A DNA stretch of 64,000 nucleotides, taken from positions 119,474,001 through 119,538,000 of the forward strand of contig OZ024744.1 in the NCBI GenBank assembly GCA_964016885.1, written 5' to 3'. Positions 36,411 to 50,300 of the stretch are shown in pieces. A model generated the notes under the pieces. The model was not told where the DNA came from, did no database searches, and worked only from the letters and a program-made list of their open reading frames with translations. Position 1 is the stretch's first letter; every line of letters starts with the position of its first letter. The translations under genes were made by a program, and so were the position numbers. This DNA is from Eledone cirrhosa. Lineage: Eukaryota.

Positions 36411-38339
36411 TATAATATTGTCTAAGCATTTGTAATGTTATTTATGTATATATTTAAAACATATTTGTTATGTTATTCTTCTGTAAATGTATTTATATGC
36501 TCTGTATCTACTTATTATATTTAAAATGCGGATTATTCCGACTTTTATCTTTTGAACATCAAGCCTTAAAAATCTACAAATAAAAATGTAGAATATATTC
36601 TAATGTTATACAACTCAGGGACTTGGATCATAATATGAAACCTTGTAATAACAATAGATGGATTATATACTAAGCTATTGAGAAGAATTTTTAACATCAG
36701 CTAGAGAGATTATATAAGCAACTAAGAACTATACCAAGGCCTGCCATGGCTATCAGATACCATTTAGTAGAGAATATTACAATTTGCTGAACATTGCCAC
36801 TGAACTGGGGACCAACTGGTTTCTAAGCTTTTATTTTAGTCACCATCAAGAGGTAGGTGGCACAGAGAAGCAGGAATGAAGATCTTTCCAAAAATGCTCA
36901 GAAAGGATACTGGTATATATTCACACACACACATATATGTAGGAGCAAGATATTGTCACCTGTCCTGGCATTACTCACAACAGGACAACTCATCTAACCC
37001 ATGCCAGCTTGGAAAAATGGACGTTAAATGGAAGTGATGATGATATATACTTCAGACAAAAAGTTATTTGTCTCTAATATACTTGGACATCACAATCAAA
37101 AGAATCAGAGAAACATTTATAGCGAAAAATACTTTTGTTAATAATCCACTTTAGCGACATTTGGTTATATACTGTATTGGTAGCAGAAAGTATCCTTAAA
37201 GAATATAGATTGTAAGGCTGCGTGTTCATGTTTCACAGTTGAGGAAAGGATCAGATCAGAAGGCATAATTTGAAACATAATAATTATTTATTTTTGCTTC
37301 ATATTAATACAAGTTGTAGGAGAGTGAATCGTATAATTAAGTTAAACAATAAATGTAATTCTCCTAAGGAAATCTAGAACGTAACTACTTTAATAATACA
37401 TAGTTGTATTGTGAAATATTTCACAACGGAATCACATGAATTAATATTTTGTTATAGTCAAAAGATATGAACAACAAACACGGAGAGAATTTGTGTTGCA
37501 TGAGGAATGTGTGCGAAATATGTTTAGGTAGGAAGAATGTTGCCAAAGTTTTTTTTAAGTGCTACATCTTGCTATCGACTGGGAACACCATTTGTGAGGT
37601 TTGGTGCCAACAAAATGAAAAACCGCAACTGCCGGGTAGAACTGAAAAAAGGTGCGAAACAACTACTGGGCGGAAGTCATCCTTTGTATTCATACGCCAC
37701 CAACCCCAAGGGTTCGCGAGTGACAAAGCATGACCAAATTATTCTGCAGCGATAAAATAGTACCATTGCTTGCTACACATTATAACATACTTTCTTATGC
37801 CAATACATCCACTGAAGGGATACAAGCTTAACAAACTAATATTAGAAAGTTTCACTCATATCATCTCCCTAACTACAGTTTCGGGAATTAAGAAACAATA
37901 TTGATTATGACAGTAAATTAAAACAACCAATATTGGAAGAAATTCCTTCATCAGAGGGATTCTTTGGAAGCAGAAAAAATTTCCTTATTGAACTAGTGTC
38001 ATTTGATTACTAAATGAATATATCAGGACAATATGATATGCTCACAGTGATGCTAGATATAGCACCCATTACAACCATCTATATTAACTCAACAATTACG
38101 GAGTAACAAATGAAGGTAGCTCATCTAGGTGAGACTCCATTAAAAAATAATTGACTGGGGCAGACATGGACTCCCTAAGCTGTAGTGAAGGCAACCCATC
38201 TAGGAGGATAGTGACTCCATTTAAAAATAACTACACATGGCAGATGTGGACTCTGTAAGCCATAGTGAAGGCAACCCATCTAGAGTAGACACTGAATAAA
38301 AACTGAAATAGAGTGGAGAGTTCCAGTAAGACAACCTCT

Positions 38340-41300
38340 CTAGTGCTGGTGGCACAAATAATACACCCAGTACACACTGTAAAGTGATTAGTGATAGGTA
38401 GGGCATCCAGACTGTAAAACCCTGCCACAATTATGGAAAGCACAACAAAAGATTCACACTAAATATGTATAGAGGAGTAACACTATAGATGTTAGTGCTG
38501 AGCTTGGTAGTGGGGTGACTAGGGTAGCCATGTGGGAGACTCCCTTGACCTAACACTATAGATGTTAGTGCTGAGCTTGGTAGTGAGGTGACTAGAGTAG
38601 CCATGTGGGAGACCCCTTGACCTAACACTATAGATGTTAGTGCTGAGCTTGGTAGTGGGGTGACTAGGGTAGCCATGTGGGAGACTCCCTTGACCTAACA
38701 CTATAGATGTTAGTGTTGAGCTTGGTAGTGAGGTGACTAGGGTAGCCATGTGGGAGACCTTGACCTAACACTATAGATGTTAGTGCTGAGCTTGGTAGTG
38801 AGGTGACTAGAGTAGCCATGTGGGAGACCCCTTGACCTAACACTATAGATGTTAGTGCTGAGCTTGGTAGTGGGGTGACTAGGGTAGCCATGTGGGAGAC
38901 TCCCTTGACCTAACACTATAGATGTTAGTGCTGAGCTTGGTAGTGAGGTGACTAGGGTAGCCATGTGGGAGACCTTGACCTAACACTATAGATGTTAGTG
39001 CTGAGCTTGGTAGTGAGGTGACTAGGGTAGCCATGTGGGAGACTCCCTTGACCTAACACTATAGATGTTAGTGTTGAGCTTGGTAGTGAGGTGACTAGGG
39101 TAGCCATGTGGGAGACCTTGACCTAACACTATAGATGTTAGTGCTGAGCTTGGTAGTGAGGTGACTAGAGTAGCCATGTGGGAGACCCCTTGACCTAACA
39201 CTATAGATGTTAGTGCTGAGCTTGGTAGTGAGGTGACTAGGGTAGCCATGTGGGAGACTCCCTTGACCTAACACTATAGATGTTAGTGCTGAGCTTGGTA
39301 GTGAGGTGACTAGAGTAGCCATGTGGGAGACCTTGACCTAACACTATAGATGTTAGTGCTGAGCTTGGTAGTGGGGTGACTAGGGTAGCCATGTGGGAGA
39401 CCCCTTGACCTAACACTATAGATGTTAGTGTTGAGCTTGGTAGTGGGGTGACTAGGGTAGCCATGTGGGAGACCCCTTGACCTAACACTATAGATGTTAG
39501 TGCTGAGCTTGGTAGTGAGGTGACTAGGGTAGCCATGTGGGAGACTCCCTTGACCTAACACTATAGATGTTAGTGCTGAGCTTGGTAGTGGGGTGACTAG
39601 AGTAGCCATGTGGGAGACTCCCTTGACCTAACACTATAGATGTTAGTGCTGAGCTTGGTAGTGAGGTGACTAGGGTAGCCATGTGGGAGACTCCCTTGAC
39701 CTAACACTATAGATGTTAGTGCTGAGCTTGGTAGTGAGGTGACTAGGGTAGCCATGTAGGAGACCATGACCTAACACTATAGATGTTAGTGTTGAGCTTG
39801 GTAGTGAGGTGACTAGGGTAGCCATGTAGGAGACCTTGACCTAACACTATAGATGTTAGTGCTGAGCTTGGTAGTGAGGTCACTAGGGTAGCCATGTGGG
39901 AGACCCCTTGACCTAACACTAGTGATGTTAGTGCTGAGCTTGGTAGTGGGGTGACTAGGGTAGCCATGTGGGAGACCTTGACCTAACACTATAGATGTTA
40001 GTGCTGAGCTTGGTAGTGGGGTGACTAGGGTAGCCATGTGGGAGAACCCCTTGACCTAACACTATAGATGTTAGTGCTGAGCTTGGTAGTGAGGTGACTA
40101 GGGTAGCCATGTGGGAGAACCCCTTGACCTAACACTAGTGATGTTAGTGCTGAGCTTGGTAGTGGGGTGACTAGAGTAGCCATGTGGGAGACTCCCTTGA
40201 CCTAACACTATAGATGTTAGTGCTGAGCTTGGTAGTGAGGTGACTAGAGTAGCCATGTGGGAGACCCCTTGACCTAACACTAGTGATGTTAGTGCTGAGC
40301 TTGGTAGTGGGGTGACTAGAGTAGCCATGTGGGAGACCTTGACCTAACACTATAGATGTTAGTGCTGAGCTTGGTAGTGAGGTGACTAGAGTAGCCATGT
40401 GGGAGACCCCTTGACCTAACACTATAGATGTTAGTGTTGAGCTTGGTAGTGGGGTGACTAGGGTAGCCATGTGGGAGACTCCCTTGACCTAACACTAGTG
40501 ATGTTAGTGTTGAGCTTGGTAGTGGGGTGACTAGAGTAGCCATGTGGGAGACCCCTTGACCTAACACTATAGATGTTAGTGTTGAGCTTGGTAGTGGGGT
40601 GACTAGGGTAGCCATGTGGGAGACCCCTTGACCTAACACTATAGATGTTAGTGTTGAGCTTGGTAGTGGGGTGACTAGGGTAGCCATGTGGGAGACCTCC
40701 TTGACCTAACACTATAGATGTTAGTGCTGAGCTTGGTAGTGGGGTGACTAGGGTAGCCATGTGGGAGACCTTGACCTAACACTATAGATGTTAGTGTTGA
40801 GCTTGGTAGTGGGGTGACTAGAGTAGCCATGTGGGAGACCCCTTGACCTAACACTATAGATGTTAGTGTTGAGCTTGGTAGTGGGGTGACTAGAGTAGCC
40901 ATGTGGGAGACTCCCTTGACCTAACACTATAGATGTTAGTGCTGAGCTTGGTAGTGAGGTGACTAGGGTAGCCATGTGGGAGACCTTGACCTAACACTAT
41001 AGATGTTAGTGTTGAGCTTGGTAGTGGGGTGACTAGAGTAGCCATGTGGGAGACCTTGACCTAACACTATAGATGTTAGTGTTGAGCTTGGTAGTGGGGT
41101 GACTAGAGTAGCCATGTGGGAGACTCCCTTGACCTAACACTATAGATGTTAGTGCTGAGCTTGGTAGTGGGGTGACTAGGGTAGCCATGTGGGAGACTCC
41201 CTTGACCTAACACTATAGATGTTAGTGCTGAGCTTGGTAGTGAGGTGACTAGAGTAGCCATGTGGGAGACCCCTTGACCTAACACTATAGATGTTAGTGC

Positions 41301-44300
41301 TGAGCTTGGTAGTGGGGTGACTAGAGTAGCCATGTGGGAGACCTTGACCTAACACTATAGATGTTAGTGCTGAGCTTGGTAGTGGGGTGACTAGAGTAGC
41401 CATGTGGGAGACCCCTTGACCTAACACTATAGATGTTAGTGCTGAGCTTGGTAGTGGGGTGACTAGGGTAGCCATGTGGGAGACTCCCTTGACCTAACAC
41501 TATAGATGTTAGTGCTGAGCTTGGTAGTGGGGTGACTAGGGTAGCCATGTGGGAGACTCCCTTGACCTAACACTATAGATGTTAGTGTTGAGCTTGGTAG
41601 TGAGGTGACTAGAGTGGCCATGTGGGAGACCTTGACCTAACACTATAGATGTTAGTGCTGAGCTTGGTAGTGAGGTCACTAGGGTAGCCATGTGGGAGAC
41701 CCCTTGACCTAACACTAGTGATGTTAGTGCTGAGCTTGGTAGTGGGGTGACTAGGGTAGCCATGTGGGAGACCTTGACCTAACACTATAGATGTTAGTGC
41801 TGAGCTTGGTAGTGGGGTGACTAGGGTAGCCATGTGGGAGAACCCCTTGACCTAACACTATAGATGTTAGTGCTGAGCTTGGTAGTGGGGTGACTAGGGT
41901 AGCCATGTGGGAGACTCCCTTGACCTAACACTCTAGATGTTAGTGTTGAGCTTGGTAGTGGGGTGACTAGGGTAGCCATGTGGGAGAACCCCTTGACCTA
42001 ACACTATAGATGTTAGTGTTGAGCTTGGTAGTGAGGTGACTAGGGTAGCCATGTGGGAGAACCCCTTGACCTAACACTAGTGATGTTAGTGTTGAGCTTG
42101 GTAGTGGGGTGACTAGAGTAGCCATGTGGGAGACTCCCTTGACCTAACACTATAGATGTTAGTGCTGAGCTTGGTAGTGGGGTGACTAGAGTAGCCATGT
42201 GGGAGACTCCCTTGACCTAACACTATAGATGTTAGTGCTGAGCTTGGTAGTGGGGTGACTAGGGTAGCCATGTGGGAGACTCCCTTGACCTAACACTATA
42301 GATGTTAGTGCTGAGCTTGGTAGTGAGGTGACTAGAGTAGCCATGTGGGAGACTCCCTTGACCTAACACTAGTGATGTTAGTGCTGAGCTTGGTAGTGGG
42401 GTGACTAGAGTAGCCATGTGGGAGACTCCCTTGACCTAACACTATAGATGTTAGTGTTGAGCTTGGTAGTGGGGTGACTAGGGTAGCCATGTGGGAGACC
42501 TTGACCTAACACTATAGATGTTAGTGTTGAGCTTGGTAGTGAGGTGACTAGGGTAGCCATGTGGGAGAACCCCTTGACCTAACACTATAGATGTTAGTGC
42601 TGAGCTTGGTAGTGAGGTGACTAGGGTAGCCATGTGGGAGACTCCTTGACCTAACACTATAGATGTTAGTGTTGAGCTTGGTAGTGAGGTGACTAGGGTA
42701 GCCATGTGGGAGACTCCCTTGATCTAACACTATAGATGTTAGTGCTGAGCTTGGTAGTGAGGTGACTAGGGTAGCCATGTGGGAGAACCCCTTGACCTAA
42801 CACTATAGATGTTAGTGTTGAGCTTGGTAGTGGGGTGACTAGGGTAGCCATGTGGGAGAACCCCTTGACCTAACACTATAGATGTTAGTGCTGAGCTTGG
42901 TAGTGGGGTGACTAGAGTAGCCATGTGGGAGAACCCCTTGACCTAACACTATAGATGTTAGTGCTGAGCTTGGTAGTGGGGTGACTAGAGTAGCCATGTG
43001 GGAGAACCCCTTGACCTAACACTAGTGATGTTAGTGCTGAGCTTGGTAGTGGGGTGACTAGGGTAGCCATGTGGGAGACCTTGACCTAACACTATAGATG
43101 TTAGTGTTGAGCTTGGTAGTGGGGTGACTAGGGTAGCCATGTGGGAGAACCCCTTGACCTAACACTATAGATGTTAGTGCTGAGCTTGGTAGTGGGGTGA
43201 CTAGGGTAGCCATGTGGGAGACTCCCTTGACCTAACACTATAGATGTTAGTGTTGAGCTTGGTAGTGAGGTGACTAGGGTAGCCATGTGGGAGACTCCCT
43301 TGACCTAACACTATAGATGTTAGTGCTGAGCTTAGTAGTGAGGTGACTAGGGTAGCCATGTGGGAGACCCCTTGACCTAACACTATAGATGTTTGTGTTG
43401 AGCTTGGTAGTGAGGTGACTAGGGTAGCCATGTGGGAGACTCCCTTGATCTAACACTATAGATGTTAGTGCTGAGCTTAGTAGTGAGGTGACTAGGGTAG
43501 CCATGTGGGAGACCCCTTGACCTAACACTATAGATGTTAGTGCTGAGCTTAGTAGTGAGGTGACTAGGGTAGCCATGTGGGAGACCCCTTGACCTAACAC
43601 TATAGATGTTAGTGCTGAGCTTGGTAGTGGGGTGACTAGGGTAGCCATGTGGGAGACCCCTTGACCTAACACTATAGATGTTAGTGCTGAGCTTGGTAGT
43701 GAGGTGACTAGGGTAGCCATGTGGGAGACCCCTTGACCTAACACTATAGATGTTAGTGCTGAGCTTGGTAGTGAGGTGACTAGAGTAGCCATGTGGGAGA
43801 ACCCCTTGACCTAACACTATAGATGTTAGTGCTGAGCTTGGTAGTGGGGTGACTAGGGTAGCCATGTGGGAGACCCCTTGACCTAACACTATAGATGTTA
43901 GTGTTGAGCTTGGTAGTGGGGTGACTAGGGTAGCCATGTGGGAGACCTTGACCTAACACTATAGATGTTAGTGTTGAGCTTGGTAGTGAGGTGACTAGAG
44001 TAGCCATGTGGGAGACTCCCTTGACCTAACACTATAGATGTTAGTGCTGAGCTTGGTAGTGAGGTGACTAGAGTAGCCATGTGGGAGACTCCCTTGACCT
44101 AACACTATAGATGTTAGTGCTGAGCTTGGTAGTGAGGTGACTAGAGTAGCCATGTGGGAGAACCCCTTGACCTAACACTATAGATGTTAGTGCTGAGCTT
44201 GGTAGTGGGGTGACTAGGGTAGCCATGTGGGAGACCCCTTGACCTAACACTATAGATGTTAGTGTTGAGCTTGGTAGTGAGGTGACTAGGGTAGCCATGT

Positions 44301-47300
44301 GGGAGACCCCTTGACCTAACACTAGTGATGTTAGTGTTGAGCTTGGTAGTGAGGTGACTAGAGAAGCCATGTGGGAGACTCCCTTGACCTAACACTATAG
44401 ATGTTAGTGCTGAGCTTGGTAGTGGGGTGACTAGGGTAGCCATGTGGGAGACTCCCTTGACCTAACACTATAGATGTTAGTGCTGAGCTTGGTAGTGAGG
44501 TGACTAGAGTAGCCATGTGGGAGACTCCCTTGACCTAACACTAGTGATGTTAGTGCTGAGCTTGGTAGTGAGGTGACTAGGGTATCCATGTGGGAGACTC
44601 CCTTGACCTAACACTATAGATGTTAGTGTTGAGCTTGGTAGTGAGGTGACTAGGGTAGCCATGTGGGAGACTCCCTTGACCTAACACTATAGATGTTAGT
44701 GCTGAGCTTGGTAGTGAGGTGACTAGGGTAGCCATGTGGGAGAGCCCTTGACCTAACACTATAGATGTTAGTGTTGAGCTTGGTAGTGAGGTGACTAGAG
44801 TAGCCATGTAGGAGACTCCCTTGACCTAACACTATAGATGTTAGTGCTGTGATTGGTAGTGAGGTGACTAGGGTAGCCATGTGGGAGACCTTGACCTAAC
44901 ACTATAGATGTTAGTGTTGAGCTTGGTAGTGGGGTGACTAGGGTAGCCATGTGGGAGACTCCCTTGACCTAACACTATAGATGTTAGTGCTGAGCTTGGT
45001 AGTGAGGTGACTAGGGTAGCCATGTGGGAGACCCCTTGACCTAACACTAGTGATGTTAGTGTTGAGCTTGGTAGTGAGGTGACTAGGGTAGCCATGTGGG
45101 AGACTCCCTTGATCTAACACTATAGATGTTAGTGTTGAGCTTGGTAGTGGGGTGACTAGAGTAGCCATGTGGGAGACCTTGACCTAACACTATAGATGTT
45201 AGTGCTGAGCTTGGTAGTGAGGTGACTAGGGTAGCCATGTGGGAGACCCCTTGACCTAACACTATAGATGTTAGTGCTGAGCTTGGTAGTGAGGTGACTA
45301 GGGTAGCCATGTGGGAGACCCCTTGACCTAACACTATAGATGTTAGTGCTGAGCTTGGTAGTGAGGTGACTAGGGTAGCCATGTGGGAGACCCCTTGACC
45401 TAACACTATAGATGTTAGTGTTGAGCTTGGTTGTGAGGTGACTAGAGTAGCAATGTGGGAGACTCCCTTGACCTAACACTATAGATGTTAGTGTTGAGCT
45501 TGGTAGTGGGGTGACTAGGGTAGCCATGTGGGAGACCTTGACCTAACACTATAGATGTTAGTGTTGAGCTTGGTAGTGAGGTGACTAGAGTAGCCATGTG
45601 GGAGAACCCCTTGACCTAACACTATAGATGTTAGTGCTGAGCTTGGTAGTGGGGTGACTAGGGTAGCCATGTGGGAGACCCCTTGACCTAACACTATAGA
45701 TGTTAGTGTTGAGCTTGGTAGTGAGGTGACTAGGGTAGCCATGTGGGAGACCCCTTGACCTAACACTATAGATGTTAGTGCTGAGCTTGGTAGTGAGGTG
45801 ACTAGAGTAGCCATGTAGGAGACTCCCTTGACCTAACACTATAGATGTTAGTGCTGTGATTGGTAGTGGGGTGACTAGGGTAGCCATGTGGGAGACCCCT
45901 TGACCTAACACTATAGATGTTAGTGTTGAGCTTGGTAGTGAGGTGACTAGGGTAGCCATGTGGGAGACCCCTTGACCTAACACTATAGATGTTAGTGCTG
46001 AGCTTGGTAGTGAGGTGACTAGAGTAGCCATGTGGGAGACTCCCTTGACCTAACACTATAGATGTTAGTGCTGAGCTTGGTAGTGGGGTGACTAGGGTAG
46101 CCATGTGGGAGACCTTGACCTAACACTATAGATGTTAGTGCTGAGCTTGGTAGTGAGGTGACTAGAGTAGCCATGTGGGAGACCCCTTGACCTAACACTA
46201 TAGATGTTAGTGCTGAGCTTGGTAGTGGGGTGACTAGGGTAGCCATGTGGGAGACTCCCTTGACCTAACACTATAGATGTTAGTGCTGAGCTTGGTAGTG
46301 AGGTGACTAGAGTAGCCATGTGGGAGACTCCCTTGACCTAACACTATAGATGTTAGTGCTGAGCTTGGTAGTGAGGTGACTAGAGTAGCCATGTAGGAGA
46401 CTCCCTTGACCTAACACTATAGATGTTAGTGCTGAGCTTGGTAGTGGGGTGACTAGGGTAGCCATGTAGGAGACTCCCTTGACCTAACACTATAGATGTT
46501 AGTGCTGTGATTGGTAGTGAGGTGACTAGGGTAGCCATGTGGGAGACCTTGACCTAACACTATAGATGTTAGTGTTGAGCTTGGTAGTGGGGTGACTAGG
46601 GTAGCCATGTGGGAGACCTTGACCTAACACTATAGATGTTAGTGTTGAGCTTGGTAGTGAGGTGACTAGAGTAGCCATGTAGGAGACCTTGACCTAACAC
46701 TATAGATGTTAGTGCTGAGCTTGGTAGTGAGGTGACTAGGGTAGCCATGTGGGAGACCCCTTGACCTAACACTAGTGATGTTAGTGCTGAGCTTGGTAGT
46801 GGGGTGACTAGGGTAGCCATGTGGGAGACCTTGACCTAACACTATAGATGTTAGTGCTGAGCTTGGTAGTGGGGTGACTAGGGTAGCCATGTGGGAGAAC
46901 CCCTTGACCTAACACTATAGATGTTAGTGCTGAGCTTGGTAGTGGGGTGACTAGGGTAGCCATGTGGGAGACTCCCTTGACCTAACACTCTAGATGTTAG
47001 TGTTGAGCTTGGTAGTGGGGTGACTAGGGTAGCCATGTGGGAGACTCCCTTGACCTAACACTATAGATGTTAGTGCTGAGCTTGGTAGTGAGGTGACTAG
47101 AGTAGCCATGTGGGAGAACCCCTTGACCTAACACTAGTGATGTTAGTATTGAGCTTGGTAGTGGGGTGACTAGGGTAGCCATGTGGGAGACTCCCTTGAC
47201 CTAACACTAGTGATGTTAGTGTTGAGCTTGGTAGTGAGGTGACTAGGGTAGCCATGTGGGAGACTCCCTTGACCTAACACTATAGATGTTCATGCTTTAG

Positions 47301-50300
47301 CTTGGTAGTGAGGTGACTAGAGTAGCCATGTGGGAGACTCCCTTGACCTAACACTATAGATGTTAGTGCTGAGCTTGGTAGTGAGGTGACTAGGGTAGCC
47401 ATGTGGGAGACTCCCTTGACCTAACACTATAGATGTTAGTGTTGAGCTTGGTAGTGACGTGACTAGGGTAGCCATGTGGGAGACCCCTTGACCTAACACT
47501 ATAGATGTTAGTGCTGAGCTTGGTAGTGAGGTAACTAGGGTAGCCATGTGGGAGACTCCCTTGACCTAACACTATAGATGTTAGTGTTGAGCTTGGTAGT
47601 GAGGTGACTAGGGTAGCCATGTGGGAGACCTCCTTGACCTAACACTATAGATGTTAGTGCTGAGCTTGGTAGTGAGGTAACTAGGGTAGTCATGTGGGAG
47701 ACTCCCTTGACCTAACACTATAGATGTTAGTGTTGAGCTTGGTAGTGAGGTGACTAGGGTAGCCATGTGGGAGACTCCCTTGACCTAACACTATAGATGT
47801 TAGTGCTGAGCTTGGTAGTGAGGTGACTAGGGTAGCCATGTGGGAGAACCCCTTGACCTAACACTATAGATGTTAGTGTTGAGCTTGGTAGTGGGGTGAC
47901 TAGAGTAGCCATATGGGAGACCTTGACCTAACACTATAGATGTTAGTGTTGAGCTTGGTAGTGGGGTGACTAGGGTAGCCATGTGGGAGACTCCTTGACC
48001 TAACACTATAGATGTTAGTGTTGAGCTTGGTAGTGGGGTGACTAGGGTAGCCATATGGGAGACCCCTTGACCTAACACTATAGATGTTAGTGTTGAGCTT
48101 GGTAGTGGGGTGACTAGGGTAGCCATGTAGGAGACCCCTTGACCTAACACTATAGATGTTAGTGTTGAGCTTGGTAGTGGGGTGACTAGAGTAGCCATGT
48201 GGGAGACCCCTTGACCTAACACTATAGATGTTAGTGTTGAGCTTGGTAGTGAGGTGACTAGAGTAGCCATGTGGGAGACCCCCTTGACCTAACACTATAG
48301 ATGTTAGTGCTGAGCTTGGTAGTGAGGTGACTAGGGTAGCCATGTGGGAGACTCCCTTGACCTAACACTATAGATGTTAGTGCTGAGCTTGGTAGTGGGG
48401 TGACTAGAGTAGCCATGTGGGAGACTCCCTTGACCTAACACTATAGATGTTAGTGCTGAGCTTGGTAGTGAGGTGACTAGGGTAGCCATGTGGGAGACTC
48501 CCTTGACCTAACACTATAGATGTTAGTGCTGAGCTTGGTAGTGAGGTGACTAGAGTAGCCATGTGGGAGACCCCTTGACCTAACACTATAGATGTTAGTG
48601 CTGAGCTTAGTAGTGAGGTGACTAGGGTAGCCATGTGGGAGACTCCCTTGATCTAACACTATAGATGTTAGTGCTGAGCTTAGTAGTGAGGTGACTAGGG
48701 TAGCCATGTAGGAGACCATGACCTAACACTATAGATGTTAGTGTTGAGCTTGGTAGTGGGGTGACTAGGGTAGCCATGTGGGAGACTCCCTTGACCTAAC
48801 ACTATAGATGTTAGTGCTGAGCTTGGTAGTGAGGTGACTAGAGTGGCCATGTGGGAGACCCCTTGACCTAACACTATAGATGTTAGTGTTGAGCTTGGTA
48901 GTGAGGTGACTAGGGTAGCCATGTGGGAGACTCCCTTGATCTAACACTATAGATGTTAGTGCTGAGCTTAGTAGTGAGGTGACTAGGGTAGCCATGTGGG
49001 AGACCCCTTGACCTAACACTATAGATGTTAGTGCTGAGCTTAGTAGTGAGGTGACTAGGGTAGCCATGTGGGAGACCCCTTGACCTAACACTATAGATGT
49101 TAGTGCTGAGCTTGGTAGTGGGGTGACTAGGGTAGCCATGTGGGAGACCCCTTGACCTAACACTATAGATGTTAGTGTTGAGCTTGGTAGTGGGGTGACT
49201 AGAGTAGCCATGTGGGAGACTCCCTTGACCTAACACTATAGATGTTAGTGTTGAGCTTGGTAGTGAGGTGACTAGGGTAGCCATGTGGGAGACCTTGACC
49301 TAACACTATAGATGTTAGTGTTGAGCTTGGTAGTGGGGTGACTAGGGTAGCCATGTGGGAGACTCCCTTGACCTAACACTATAGATGTTAGTGTTGAGCT
49401 TGGTAGTGAGGTGACTAGGGTAGCCATGTGGGAGACCCCTTGACCTAACACTATAGATGTTAGTGTTGAGCTTGGTAGTGGGGTGACTAGGGTAGCCATG
49501 TGGGAGACCTTGACCTAACACTATAGATGTTAGTGTTGAGCTTGGTAGTGGGGTGACTAGGGTAGCCATGTGGGAGACCTTGACCTAACACTATAGATGT
49601 TAGTGCTGTGATTGGTAGTGAGGTGACTAGAGTAGCCATGTGGGAGAACCCCTTGACCTAACACTATAGATGTTAGTGCTGAGCTTGGTAGTGGGGTGAC
49701 TAGGGTAGCCATGTGGGAGACCCCTTGACCTAACACTATAGATGTTAGTGCTGAGCTTGGTAGTGAGGTGACTAGAGTAGCCATGTGGGAGAACCCCTTG
49801 ACCTAACACTATAGATGTTAGTGCTGAGCTTGGTAGTGAGGTGACTAGGGTAGCCATGTAGGAGAACCCCTTGACCTAACACTATAGATGTTAGTGCTGA
49901 GCTTGGTAGTGGGGTGACTAGAGTAGCCATGTGGGAGAACCCATTGACCTAACACTATAGATGTTAGTGCTGAGCTTGGTAGTGAGGTGACTAGGGTAGC
50001 CATGTGGGAGACTCCCTTGACCTAACACTATAGATGTTAGTGCTGAGCTTGGTAGTGGGGTGACTAGAGTAGCCATGTGGGAGAACCCCTTGACCTAACA
50101 CTATAGATGTTAGTGCTGAGCTTGGTAGTGGGGTGACTAGAGTAGCCATGTGGGAGAACCCCTTGACCTAACACTAGTGATGTTAGTGCTGAGCTTGGTA
50201 GTGGGGTGACTAGGGTAGCCATGTGGGAGACCCCTTGACCTAACACTATAGATGTTAGTGCTGAGCTTGGTAGTGGGGTGACTAGGGTAGCCATGTGGGA